Shown one piece after another: positions 8,254-17,913 of a stretch of DNA of 64,000 nt (positions are counted from its first letter, which is position 1; the number at the start of each line of letters is the position of its first letter). Source of the stretch: an uncultured Candidatus Peribacteria bacterium. GTDB lineage: Bacteria > Patescibacteriota > Gracilibacteria > 1-14-2-50-48-13. A model generated the notes under the pieces. That model was not told the origin of the DNA. It searched no databases and saw nothing but the letters and a program-made list of their open reading frames with translations. The stretch spans positions 907 through 64,906 of the forward strand of contig CAYGEY010000002.1 in assembly GCA_964349065.1 (NCBI GenBank), written 5' to 3'. A program made the position numbers and the translations under genes.

Positions 8254-10614
8254 ATGAAGAAATCCTCAAAGATTCCATTAGTCGCACTTGACCAATATTT
8301 CCGAGCCAGTAATTACCTCTCTGTTGCTCAGATTTTCTTACGGGAGAACTTTCTTCTTACAAAACCTCTTGCTTTCCATAACATTAAATCCCGCCTCCTA
8401 GGCCACTTCGGGACCTGCCCCGGGATTAATTTTGTGTATACCCATCTCAACTACTACCTCACGAAACATAAAGAAAGCATTTTATTTGTACTCGGACCGG
8501 GACACGGTTTCCCTGCTATTCAAGCGCAAAACTTCATAGACGGGACGCTTTCCCATTTTGAAGAAACTCGTGTGCCCTATAATTACAGCGGGATGAAAAC
8601 CATGATTAGTGGTTTCTCCTACCCGTACGGCTTTCCAAGCCACGTGAATCCCGGCTCTCCCGGAGCGATACTTGAGGGTGGGGAACTGGGGTACAGTCTT
8701 TCTACCTCATTCGGTGCGGTATTAGATAATCCTGATCTCACTGTCGCATGTCTAATTGGCGATGGGGAAGCCGAAACCGGGGCGTTAGCTACTGCGTGGC
8801 ATTGTAACAAATTTCTTGATCCGAAAACTTCGGGTGCCGTACTTCCCATCCTGCACCTCAATGGATACAAGATCTCAGGTCCGACTATTTTTGGACGTAT
8901 GTCTGATACTGAACTTCAAAAACTTTTTGAAGGATACGGATACACCGTGCACTTCGTGGATTACACCAAAAAAGAAAATATCCATGAACAGATGGCAGAA
9001 ACTATGGAAACAGCTTTTGCCGAAATAAAAGCCATCCAGAAAAAAGCGAGGTCCGGGAAAGATGTCGAAAAGCCGGCTTGGCCGATGATCATCATGCGTA
9101 CGCTCAAGGGTTGGACTGGTGTGAAAAAATTAAAAGGTCGGGATATTGAAGGGAACTTTGCTGCTCATCAAGTTGTCCTCACCAAAGCGATGTCTGACCA
9201 GTCAGAACTCTCCATGCTAGAAGACTGGTTGAAATCATATCATTTTGAAGAACTATATAATCCCAAAACAGGATTTAATAAAAACATTCAGTCGCTCATA
9301 CCAGCAAAAGACCTCCGTATCGGTATGAATAAACACGCTCTCGGCGGACTTGTTTCACAAAAACTGAACTTCCCTGACATAAAAAAGCATGCGCTTGACA
9401 TAAAAAAACCAGGTACTATAAACGGCTTAGCAATGCATGCAATCGGGAAATATCTTAAAGAAATTTTTGAAAAAAATAAAAATAACTTCCGAATTTTCAG
9501 CCCTGATGAGACGTATTCAAACAAACTGCAAGATGTCTTTGAAGAGACGTCAAGAGCGTGGCAGTGGCCCATAATGAAGCATGATGAAGATATGTCCCGT
9601 CATGGCCGCGTTATAGAAATGTTATCAGAACACACGCTCCAGGGACTTATGCAAGGATATATCTTGACAGGACGATATGGTGTTTTTCCATCATACGAAG
9701 CATTTTTACAGATTGTTTCGTCAATGACAGATCAATATGCAAAATTTCTCAAGGCTTCTTTTGAAGTTTCTTGGAGACTTCCTGTTCCGTCATTTAATTA
9801 TATTTTGTCAAGTCTTGGATGGAGACAAGATCATAACGGATATTCGCACCAGAACCCGAGTTTCATTTCTAATATCCTGGCAAAGCACGGGAATTTTGCG
9901 AGCGTGTACTTCCCTGTCGATGTCAATTCCGCTCTGGCTGTGATGGAAGAGTGTTTACATGACTCAAATTGCATCAATGTCATCGTTTGTGAAAAACAAG
10001 AACATTTGCAATGGTTAACGCTTGAACAAGCACGCAAACAAGTGAAGGAAGGTCTCGCCATTTGGCATGATTTTTCTGATAACAACCCGGACATTGTTTT
10101 TAGTTCTGCAGGCGATTACCCTACTATCGAAACCATTGCGGCGATTGATTTCTTGAAAAAAGAATTTCCGAAAGTGAAAGTACGATACGTGAATATCATG
10201 GAGCTCACGAGTATTTCGGTGGCTGACCCAAGATCTAATACTACAAAAGAAAATTTCGAAAGTTATTATACTAAAGATAAACCGGTGATATTTAATTATC
10301 ATGGCTATAGAGGCGATATCAAACAACTCTTGTTTGATTCGATTGACAGTGACCGAAACCGTTTCGTGATTCATGGGTATGAAGAGAATGGCTCCACCAC
10401 TACCCCGTTTGATATGCAAATTCGCAATAAAACAGATCGGTTACATTTGGTGCGAGATGCACTAAATATGCTTACCGAGAGAAAAGTCGTTGATGCAGTT
10501 AATGCAGAAAAAGTTCAGATTAAAATACAAAAAATGCTTGAAGAACACCGAGCATATATCATTGAACATGGCGACGATCCTGAATTTATAACCAATTGGA
10601 AATGGGGTACATAA
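8254..10614 (+). CDS. xfp: xylulose-5-phosphate/fructose-6-phosphate phosphoketolase
   Basis: 786 aa. GHFGTCPGINFVY and GDGEAETG (ThDP) motifs, with phosphoketolase family length. Confidence 0.92.
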   Translation: MKKSSKIPLVALDQYFRASNYLSVAQIFLRENFLLTKPLAFHNIKSRLLGHFGTCPGINFVYTHLNYYLTKHKESILFVLGPGHGFPAIQAQNFIDGTLSHFEETRVPYNYSGMKTMISGFSYPYGFPSHVNPGSPGAILEGGELGYSLSTSFGAVLDNPDLTVACLIGDGEAETGALATAWHCNKFLDPKTSGAVLPILHLNGYKISGPTIFGRMSDTELQKLFEGYGYTVHFVDYTKKENIHEQMAETMETAFAEIKAIQKKARSGKDVEKPAWPMIIMRTLKGWTGVKKLKGRDIEGNFAAHQVVLTKAMSDQSELSMLEDWLKSYHFEELYNPKTGFNKNIQSLIPAKDLRIGMNKHALGGLVSQKLNFPDIKKHALDIKKPGTINGLAMHAIGKYLKEIFEKNKNNFRIFSPDETYSNKLQDVFEETSRAWQWPIMKHDEDMSRHGRVIEMLSEHTLQGLMQGYILTGRYGVFPSYEAFLQIVSSMTDQYAKFLKASFEVSWRLPVPSFNYILSSLGWRQDHNGYSHQNPSFISNILAKHGNFASVYFPVDVNSALAVMEECLHDSNCINVIVCEKQEHLQWLTLEQARKQVKEGLAIWHDFSDNNPDIVFSSAGDYPTIETIAAIDFLKKEFPKVKVRYVNIMELTSISVADPRSNTTKENFESYYTKDKPVIFNYHGYRGDIKQLLFDSIDSDRNRFVIHGYEENGSTTTPFDMQIRNKTDRLHLVRDALNMLTERKVVDAVNAEKVQIKIQKMLEEHRAYIIEHGDDPEFITNWKWGT

Positions 10615-11666
10615 TTGCTGTCAATGCAGGAAGTTCGAGCACAAAATATAGTATTTTTCAAGATGGTCTTGAGGTAGAGCAGGTCAATTTTGAAGTGCGA
10701 AAAAAAGTTTTACCACAAAAATACTTGAAAGATACTACTATCAATGCTTTTGTATTTCGCGTTGTTCATGGCGGTGAGAAATTTACTAAGCCACTATTAG
10801 TTGATCAAAAAGTTTTGAAAGAGTTAAAAAAGATTTCATATCTTGCTCCTCTTCATAACCCTGTGCAGATTTCTTTGATGAAAAAGTACTTAAAATCATA
10901 TCCCCACATTCCATGTGTTGCAGTTTTTGATACAGCCTTTCATACAAGTATACCAGAAGTAAATACAACTATAGCCATACCAAAAAAGCTTAGGGATTCA
11001 GGGGTCCGTAAATACGGTTTTCATGGAATCTCCATTGCATCCTCGCTTCATACTCTTAAAAAACTTAATAAAACAATCCCACAAAAAATCATAGTTTGTC
11101 ACCTTGGCTCCGGATGCAGCATCACAGCAGTGAAAAACGGAAAATCATTTGATACATCCATGGGCTACACACCACTTGACGGAATGCTGATGATGACTCG
11201 GGCAGGAAGTATTGATCCTGGTATTGTTCTAAAAATGAGAAATACAAAACATGTACTCAATTTTGAATCCGGTATGCTGGCTCTATGTGGAACTTCTGAT
11301 ATGCGGGAGGTTATAAAGAAAAATAAAGCCGGAGATACAAGTGCACAACTGGCTTTTCAAATGTTTATTCAAAGTGCGGTGAAACATATCGGCTCATACG
11401 CTTTTGAAATGGGTGGATGCAATTGCATCATTTTCACCGGCGCAATCGGAGAAGGGTCTAGCTATGTGCGAGAGCAGATTTGTAAAAGATTAGAATTTTT
11501 TGGAATTGATATTGATGCAAAAATAAATGAACAGGAAAAAGATGATTTTTGCTTCTCCACTAAAAAATCAAAAGTGGAAATCTGGAAAATAAAGGCAAGA
11601 GAAAATCAAGAAATGGTCAGAGAAGCGAAAAGTTTACTGCTTCCCGGATCCAGTTCTCAGCGATAA
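10602..11666 (+). CDS. ackA: acetate kinase (short form)
   Basis: MGYIIAVNAGSSSTKYSIF N-terminus and FHGISIAS motif. ATG at 10602 overlaps the xfp 3' end by 13 nt; the track's TTG at 10596 is an alternative start. Confidence 0.85.
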   Translation: MGYIIAVNAGSSSTKYSIFQDGLEVEQVNFEVRKKVLPQKYLKDTTINAFVFRVVHGGEKFTKPLLVDQKVLKELKKISYLAPLHNPVQISLMKKYLKSYPHIPCVAVFDTAFHTSIPEVNTTIAIPKKLRDSGVRKYGFHGISIASSLHTLKKLNKTIPQKIIVCHLGSGCSITAVKNGKSFDTSMGYTPLDGMLMMTRAGSIDPGIVLKMRNTKHVLNFESGMLALCGTSDMREVIKKNKAGDTSAQLAFQMFIQSAVKHIGSYAFEMGGCNCIIFTGAIGEGSSYVREQICKRLEFFGIDIDAKINEQEKDDFCFSTKKSKVEIWKIKARENQEMVREAKSLLLPGSSSQR

Positions 11667-12377
11667 ATATTTGTACATTACCTCCGCAATTCGCCCTCGT
11701 GTCAGCTCCTCGGACGGATTGACATCATCCCCTTCACGTATCGGCAATAACCCGATATTTTTTGCCCGAACAAAATACGGAGTGTACCACATATATGCGG
11801 CAACTCCCTCAAAAGGTTGTTGAGCCTCATCATCTTTAGCAATCACTTCACGTTCTAACACAAAGAGCATCTTTAAAAACTCTGAGAGCATAATCGGTCT
11901 CCCAGCCTCGAAATTCCCGTCAGGTGAGCCTTTCACTAATCCTAATTGATATGCACGATATAAAGCGGGCGCAAACCAATCTGTTGCTTTCACATCCGGA
12001 AAGAGAAAGTATGGCATGTCAAAGTCACTTTTTATGTATTTCTGGAATACCTCATTGATATCATTGTTTTCCATCGGAGAAATCTGGAGCAGAATTTTAA
12101 TGGCTTCAATCCTATTCGAAGCCACATCAGGTCGATACGTTCGATCAGGATACCCCTGCAAAATATTCTGTTTCGATAACTCGGAAATAGCCTCAAATGA
12201 AGGGTGAGATGGTGGTACATCCTCATAGGATATATGTGGAATATCCTTCTGCGCATCCGTGTCCAACTTTGTTTGAGGACGTAATCCTCCATGCACCGAA
12301 AATACAATGCCAAAAACAACAGCCGTTGAAACGACTATGGCTACATAAAATATTCTGTCAAAAAAAGTTGGATTCAT
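11634..12377 (-). CDS. SLH (S-layer homology) domain membrane-anchored protein
   Basis: 247 aa. N-terminal TM segment, then SLH-type repeats (YEDVPPSHPSFEAISELSKQNILQGYPDRTYRPD; FPDVKATDWFAPALYRAYQLGLVKGSPDGNFEAG). Confidence 0.7.
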   Translation of the reverse strand: MNPTFFDRIFYVAIVVSTAVVFGIVFSVHGGLRPQTKLDTDAQKDIPHISYEDVPPSHPSFEAISELSKQNILQGYPDRTYRPDVASNRIEAIKILLQISPMENNDINEVFQKYIKSDFDMPYFLFPDVKATDWFAPALYRAYQLGLVKGSPDGNFEAGRPIMLSEFLKMLFVLEREVIAKDDEAQQPFEGVAAYMWYTPYFVRAKNIGLLPIREGDDVNPSEELTRGRIAEVMYKYLSLRTGSGKQ

Positions 12378-12465
12378 GTTTGTGCGTGAAAACTGTCACC
12401 ACTCTATACAAAAATCAAAAGTTGGCAATTTTAAACATATCTTTTCATACCATCAAAGATTTTTT

Positions 12466-12627
12466 TTGCAAATTTTGACCAACCCATGGTATACTGTTCT
12501 TGATAGGACCCCCGAGCCCCATTTCTGGCAAAATAGCGTTTCGCCAATTTGTTGTATTTTAGGACAGTATATGGTATGATACTCAGGATAGCACCCCCGA
12601 GTCTGATTTCCGGGGTATTTTTATTTT
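12466..12627 (+). promoter_or_regulatory. tandem duplicated promoter-plus-leader unit upstream of trmB
   Basis: Unit 1: TTGCAA-18-TGgTATACT, then 6 nt, then GATAGGACCCCCGAG (12502..12516). Unit 2: TTGTAT-17-TGgTATGAT, then 6 nt, then GATAGCACCCCCGAG (12587..12601). The second unit runs into hairpin CCCCG..CGGGG plus TATTTTTATTTT. Confidence 0.4.
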
Positions 12628-12674
12628 CAGATTCTTGGGCTCGTGCTACACTCTGGCTACTATAAATATATTGT

Positions 12675-13325
12675 ATGACGAGAAAAAAGCTTCAAAGATT
12701 TGCAGAGGTACTCACCTTCCCCAATTACATTTGCCCGAGAGAAAATCCGGAAATATCTGTGGTTGATTTTTTAGGAGATGGACCATATACTTTGGAGATT
12801 GGTTGTGGGAGCGGCGTGTATACTTTGGCGCTTGCAGGGCGGTTTCCTGAAAAGACTGTTGTGGGTATCGACGTGAAGGCGGCGAGAATTTATTATGGGG
12901 CGAGAGATGCACTTCGAGACAATATTCATAATGCGAAGTTTATGCGGGCACAGGCGGAGTTGCTTGGGGATTATTTACCTGAGGGTTCTGTTGCTGATAT
13001 TTGGCTCACCTTCCCAGACCCGTTTTTGCAAAATAGGAGATCCCACAAAAGGCTGACCTCTGAGAGATTTATGAAGATGTATAAGGAGCTCTTAGTTCCA
13101 GGAGGGTCCGTGCATCTGAAAACCGATTCCCTGCCCTTATTTCTGTTTACACTTGAGGAATGGGAGAGGGTTGGCGTGAAAGTGCTTGAAAAATACGAGG
13201 ATATCTATGCGATGGTAGAACGAGGAGAGGAAGTGCCTGAGATTTTAACCGGGATCCAGACTAAATATGAAAAAGAGCACTTGGCAGGTGGGAGGAAGAT
13301 TTATTATGTGAGAGGTGGGTGGTGA
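12675..13325 (+). CDS. trmB: tRNA (guanine46-N7)-methyltransferase
   Basis: 216 aa. SAM motif LEIGCGSGVYTLALA, then VGIDVK and LTFPDPF, typical of TrmB. Confidence 0.85.
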   Translation: MTRKKLQRFAEVLTFPNYICPRENPEISVVDFLGDGPYTLEIGCGSGVYTLALAGRFPEKTVVGIDVKAARIYYGARDALRDNIHNAKFMRAQAELLGDYLPEGSVADIWLTFPDPFLQNRRSHKRLTSERFMKMYKELLVPGGSVHLKTDSLPLFLFTLEEWERVGVKVLEKYEDIYAMVERGEEVPEILTGIQTKYEKEHLAGGRKIYYVRGGW

Positions 13326-13431
13326 AGATTTTATAATACATCACTTTATCAAAGTTCCTCCAATACACTTTGTCGTGGTGAGAATTCTACAAGCCAAATT
13401 TCACCTTTTTTTGGTTTTACCATAAATCATG

Positions 13432-13668
13432 TTAATTATCTATAATATCAAAGCCATCTTCAATAACCTCATAATGTTTTGCCATCTTTCTTGATTGTTC
13501 ACTTAAAATACGATGCTGTTCCTTTATTGGAAGGGCATCCAACTCTCTGGCGGTTATGCGATTATTTTTAGCGGCAACAAACAATATCATTTCATCTTTC
13601 TTTTTTGGTTCATTGCTTTTGTGACTCATAATCCTTTCTTCAGTCTCAGGTGGATAAGCTGTTTTCAT
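13432..13668 (-). CDS. hypothetical small protein
   Basis: 78-aa ORF, charged. No motif recognised. Confidence 0.4.
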   Translation of the reverse strand: MKTAYPPETEERIMSHKSNEPKKKDEMILFVAAKNNRITARELDALPIKEQHRILSEQSRKMAKHYEVIEDGFDIIDN

Positions 13669-13805
13669 GTGCTAATTTTAAAAAATATAACCTCATCTCA
13701 ATTGATTATATCAACTTACAAGAGTTACGTAAGACATTTTTTTCGATTGTGTAAATGGAGATTAACAGGAGATTGATTATTTGGCTGAATTGAGTAAAAT
13801 ATCAG

Positions 13806-13835
13806 CAAAAACTCCCACTAAAAATAGGTGGGAGT
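13806..13835 (-). terminator. rho-independent terminator after 13854..16268
   Basis: ACTCCCAC (13811..13818) / GTGGGAGT (13828..13835). The minus strand is followed by TTTTGCTGATATTTT. Confidence 0.7.
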
Positions 13836-13853
13836 TGTACTATTGAAAAAGAT

Positions 13854-16268
13854 TTAAGCAGTCTTCTGTTCCAACTTGTATTTGGGTGTCTGTATATCCG
13901 TCTTCATATCAGTTTTTACCGGCTCAATCTTTGTCCCGCCTTCAGGTGCAATATACGTAACTATTCTTCGATAATTGTTGTCAGCTCTATATCCTTCTCC
14001 ACCACCTTGAAACAGAACATTAATTCCTCCTTTTGTTAGATTCAAGCTTGTTTTGATACTATTAACATACTCTGTAGGAGGTTCTTTTTTCCAAGAAGTG
14101 TATGTATTTACATCAATCTCGTGTGTTTTGCTATATGTACCATCTGGCTGTTTTACATCCAAAGTATCATTTGTCATCGTTAATACTTTTGTTCCAGGCA
14201 CCCTTGGAAAATTTATCATAAAATCAAGTTTCGGATGCATGAAACCTCGAATTTTTCCATCTTTTATTATTGCAATCATGCCTTCTTTTGCGATAAGTTC
14301 AGCAGAAGGGGGATAGACTGTTAATGCCTTTAGAGCATTTTTCTCTTCATCCTTAAGTCGTTCTCCCTTTTTATTAGAAAAAGTAAATGTGTCTTTAATT
14401 TCTTCTACACTTAGTGGAATATTGTCCTTGTGATATTCATCAAAAATCTTAGTCACCATTTGAGTATATGTTTGTGGATTACTCATATCTTCTTTTTTCC
14501 ATAAATCAGAAGAAACTCCCTTTATCAAATAATGTTGCTTATGCTCAGGATCATCAAACTTTGTCTTCAATTTATCCATATATGTTTTTATTTCTGGCGT
14601 CTCTAGCGATTTAGTAAGAGTATTCGCAGGCTTCTCATTCCCATGATTTTCCGGGTTAGTACCTGGCTTCGCCGCTGTTTGATCTAGTTTATCTGCTTCT
14701 CCCGGGAAATTAGCTTTGAAATTCCCCATAATTTCTGTATACTTGGTAACCAGTTGGTATTTATCATTTTCTTGATTCATGTCAAAATCAACTGGTTTGC
14801 CATCCTTATCTTTCACTGTATTTGTACCATTCGTTTTCCAATCTTTCCCTTTCAAAGCAACTGCAGAGGCATAGATGTCTTTTATCGCCTTTACCTTTTC
14901 GTCATAAATCTTTGAATTTGCCTCTGTCATCGGACTATTAGACCTAAATTTTACTGCAGTTCCAATCAAGCCGAAATAATTCCAATATGGCTGTTCAAGT
15001 GAATATACAATGTTCATTTTGTCATCTTTATCTTTGATATCTATACTTTTATTCCATTTCTCTTTTGCTAAATCTTCACGAGATATTTCTTTGTTATCTT
15101 TTGTTTCAACATACGCGGCATCCTGTTGAAGGATTGCAAATGCGATTTCATGACGTAGAAAAATTGATGCTTCAGCCGGAGAACCTTTTGGTAAAGTGGC
15201 GCTTTGCAATACATCCACGTATTTCTTAATTGCATCCCGGGTTGGTTGAATGTTGTTTTTATCAGCGGAGATTCGTAATTGTTTTGTTTCTTCACCGATC
15301 CCCAGGACTGCGGACTTAAATTCATTGTAGTCTTTTGCTACATTGAGTTTATTACTCAGAGAGTCAAAGTTTTTTAAGTTGTCGATTTTTGGGAGGGTTT
15401 CTGTGGTGGGTTTTGTGAGTTCAGTGTTTTGTGCAGTAGTAATCATATCTTCTCCCTTTTTATCAATTACTCCTGCATCTTTACTCTCAGAACTTGAAAG
15501 ATTACTCAAATCAGGATTTCGACCTCTGCTGACTTTCACTCCGGCCATATCGCCTAAAACAGCTCTAATATTGCCTTTTAACTCTTCTCTGTTCATGGAT
15601 TTCACACCTAACTGAAAAATTTCTTTCATCTGACCCAAGCGAGCTTTGTCATCCAATCCGGATTTTAGATTATAATTGTATGGAAGCTTATCCAAACACA
15701 TTTTATAAACATCTGAAACTCCTTTATCGATCATTCCTTTATCTTTCAATAAATCCAGTAACTTCGTTTGCAGTCCGCTATCTGAGAACTCTTCAAAAGA
15801 TTTACCTTCAAATCCATATACTTTACTCATTTGCTGAGTGATGTTTTGTTCAAAGGCAGTAATTGCTTGATCCAGATTCTCTTTTTCCTGTATCAATTCT
15901 TCTACTTTGGGCCTCAGTTCATCTTTCAATGCAAGAGTTCTGTCAGTTTTTAGTCCTGAATTAAATGTTTCGGCAATAGACATCAACACACCTTTATACT
16001 GAGCTGCAGGCAATGTATCCAGTTGTTGTCGTAAACCTTGAACCGTATTCAGAGCTTCTTCAAATCTTTTTTGATCTGCAACAATATCATTTTCTTTGAT
16101 ATCAGATTTAGCAATAATGTCTTTCATCATTTGCATTTTTGATTGCGCATTTCGAATTCTGTTATCAAGGTTATCTTTAATCTTTTGGAGAGAGTTTTCT
16201 ACTTTATTCTCATTGCCACCATTGCCCACTTCAGGAGTAATTGCTTGATAATTTATATTAAATCTCAT
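13854..16268 (-). CDS. large Lys/Asp/Glu-rich hypothetical protein (about 804 aa)
   Basis: The ORF track gives 836 aa. The likely start is MRFNINYQ at 16268, 4 nt after the stop of 16273..16584. Long helical N-terminal half; no known motif. Confidence 0.6.
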   Translation of the reverse strand: MRFNINYQAITPEVGNGGNENKVENSLQKIKDNLDNRIRNAQSKMQMMKDIIAKSDIKENDIVADQKRFEEALNTVQGLRQQLDTLPAAQYKGVLMSIAETFNSGLKTDRTLALKDELRPKVEELIQEKENLDQAITAFEQNITQQMSKVYGFEGKSFEEFSDSGLQTKLLDLLKDKGMIDKGVSDVYKMCLDKLPYNYNLKSGLDDKARLGQMKEIFQLGVKSMNREELKGNIRAVLGDMAGVKVSRGRNPDLSNLSSSESKDAGVIDKKGEDMITTAQNTELTKPTTETLPKIDNLKNFDSLSNKLNVAKDYNEFKSAVLGIGEETKQLRISADKNNIQPTRDAIKKYVDVLQSATLPKGSPAEASIFLRHEIAFAILQQDAAYVETKDNKEISREDLAKEKWNKSIDIKDKDDKMNIVYSLEQPYWNYFGLIGTAVKFRSNSPMTEANSKIYDEKVKAIKDIYASAVALKGKDWKTNGTNTVKDKDGKPVDFDMNQENDKYQLVTKYTEIMGNFKANFPGEADKLDQTAAKPGTNPENHGNEKPANTLTKSLETPEIKTYMDKLKTKFDDPEHKQHYLIKGVSSDLWKKEDMSNPQTYTQMVTKIFDEYHKDNIPLSVEEIKDTFTFSNKKGERLKDEEKNALKALTVYPPSAELIAKEGMIAIIKDGKIRGFMHPKLDFMINFPRVPGTKVLTMTNDTLDVKQPDGTYSKTHEIDVNTYTSWKKEPPTEYVNSIKTSLNLTKGGINVLFQGGGEGYRADNNYRRIVTYIAPEGGTKIEPVKTDMKTDIQTPKYKLEQKTA

Positions 16269-16272
16269 TTTC

Positions 16273-16584
16273 TTATAATTGATGAAATAAATTTTTCCCT
16301 TCTTCCTCTTCTTTTGACTTTTGCATTTGCTCTGCTTTAGCCAACGCATCTCGCTGAACATCATTCATATATTGACTCAGAAGAGTCGTAATACCATCCA
16401 AAGCCTGCAATTGCTGGACCTTTAATGGGATAACAGTGTCAATAAACGTTTGAACAGCCTGCTCAATCTCTGCGATTGCATCCGGTGAAGTATCCTTGGA
16501 TTCCAATAAATCCTTGATGATATTCACTTGTGATTGAGGTAGAACATTGGTTTCAGCTAACTTTTGCCAAAGAGGAGTATCCAT
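16273..16584 (-). CDS. small helical acidic hypothetical protein
   Basis: 103 aa, immediately upstream of the large orphan and apparently coupled to it. Confidence 0.5.
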   Translation of the reverse strand: MDTPLWQKLAETNVLPQSQVNIIKDLLESKDTSPDAIAEIEQAVQTFIDTVIPLKVQQLQALDGITTLLSQYMNDVQRDALAKAEQMQKSKEEEEGKNLFHQL

Positions 16585-16777
16585 GTTTTCCGTGTGAGAA
16601 ACAGTTTCTAAATTGAAACTTCATAGTATTGTACCCTAAAATGGTGTTTTTTTCAAGCATGGAAGCCGGGAATTGGAGAAAGATGGATTTGACATATTAA
16701 GGATTGTGATTTTTGGGGAATAGCAAAACCAGCCCAACGAGTAAACGAGGGGCCGGCAGTGGTTTTTTGGGAGATTT

Positions 16778-17809
16778 TCAGTGAGGCCTCATCACTACCT
16801 TGGTTAGATAGTATGTTGCTTTACCTGTTCCTCCTATGCTGGATGTAATTTCAACCTGATATCTCCCTCCAGTTAGGGAAGACAGTGTATCACGCAATCT
16901 GTTTCCATCCATTGAAACCAGATTATTCAAGGCATTGTACTCTGCACGACTGAACTCGTTTCCCACATAAATGTGGGTTTTGATGAGTTCTTTGAACATT
17001 TGTACTTGATCAGCTTCCGGTTCGCTATTGGGGTCGAACCAGAGTAAACTGTACTCTACCGTCCCGGGCCAATAGACCCGAGTCAGACGAAGTAATCCAC
17101 CATCAGCAATCATTCTAATTCCAATAAGTTCCCCACGATTGATGAACGTTCGCAAGCAACCAGGAGAAACAAATCGCAAATATTCCCGATTCATTGTAGC
17201 ATTTTCCATAGGGGTAAGATTCCCCTGTGGATCCAGCTTTGCAGTACATACAACACCGGTATCTCCGCTTGCCGGGGCATAGGACATAACAAAGGTTCCA
17301 ATTTGAGCTTGGAGCTGTTTGTGTGTCAAATTTCCGTTAGCAAAGGATGACAACAGTGCTTCTAAGCCCATACCTCCATAAGAGGGTTCAACCCACTTAC
17401 GGACATCGGCCGACATCCTGATTCGACTGTGCAGATCAAGAAATTTTGAGAGTACAGACTCACGGGATGCTTGCAAAGGTGGAGCTGTTGCAATAATTTT
17501 GAGTGCCGGGTTTCCAGGTCCTGTATCCAGTCTCCCATCATTCGGCTGTACAGTCGGCTCCGGCGTCGGGCTAGGTATCAATGGAGGGAAATCCTCAACT
17601 GTAGGCCCTACCGTCGGTTCTGGAGTTGGCGCTGGACTTGCACTTTCGCTTGGTTGTACTTGCGGTGGATTTTGAGGTCCACATGCAGGAATCCAAAATA
17701 AGAAACATCCTATTTTAGAAAATACATCTTCATCCTGTGCTCGTGCAGCGGAACTGGAGGCAACAACCAAACCAATAACCAAAGCCAAGCGCAAAAAACT
17801 TCTTTTCAT
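16778..17809 (-). CDS. secreted hypothetical protein with Pro/Thr/Glu-rich linker
   Basis: 343 aa. Signal peptide MKRSFLRLALVIGLVVASSSAARAQ and repeated PTPEPTV(G/Q)P. Confidence 0.65.
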   Translation of the reverse strand: MKRSFLRLALVIGLVVASSSAARAQDEDVFSKIGCFLFWIPACGPQNPPQVQPSESASPAPTPEPTVGPTVEDFPPLIPSPTPEPTVQPNDGRLDTGPGNPALKIIATAPPLQASRESVLSKFLDLHSRIRMSADVRKWVEPSYGGMGLEALLSSFANGNLTHKQLQAQIGTFVMSYAPASGDTGVVCTAKLDPQGNLTPMENATMNREYLRFVSPGCLRTFINRGELIGIRMIADGGLLRLTRVYWPGTVEYSLLWFDPNSEPEADQVQMFKELIKTHIYVGNEFSRAEYNALNNLVSMDGNRLRDTLSSLTGGRYQVEITSSIGGTGKATYYLTKVVMRPH

Positions 17810-17913
17810 AATATCTATTTTCCTTTTTCTAATTTATTTTTTTATTACTCACACCATACCAAAAAACACTATTTTGTCAACAATTCACAAAATAATCTCA
17901 CAAACATTCCCAC

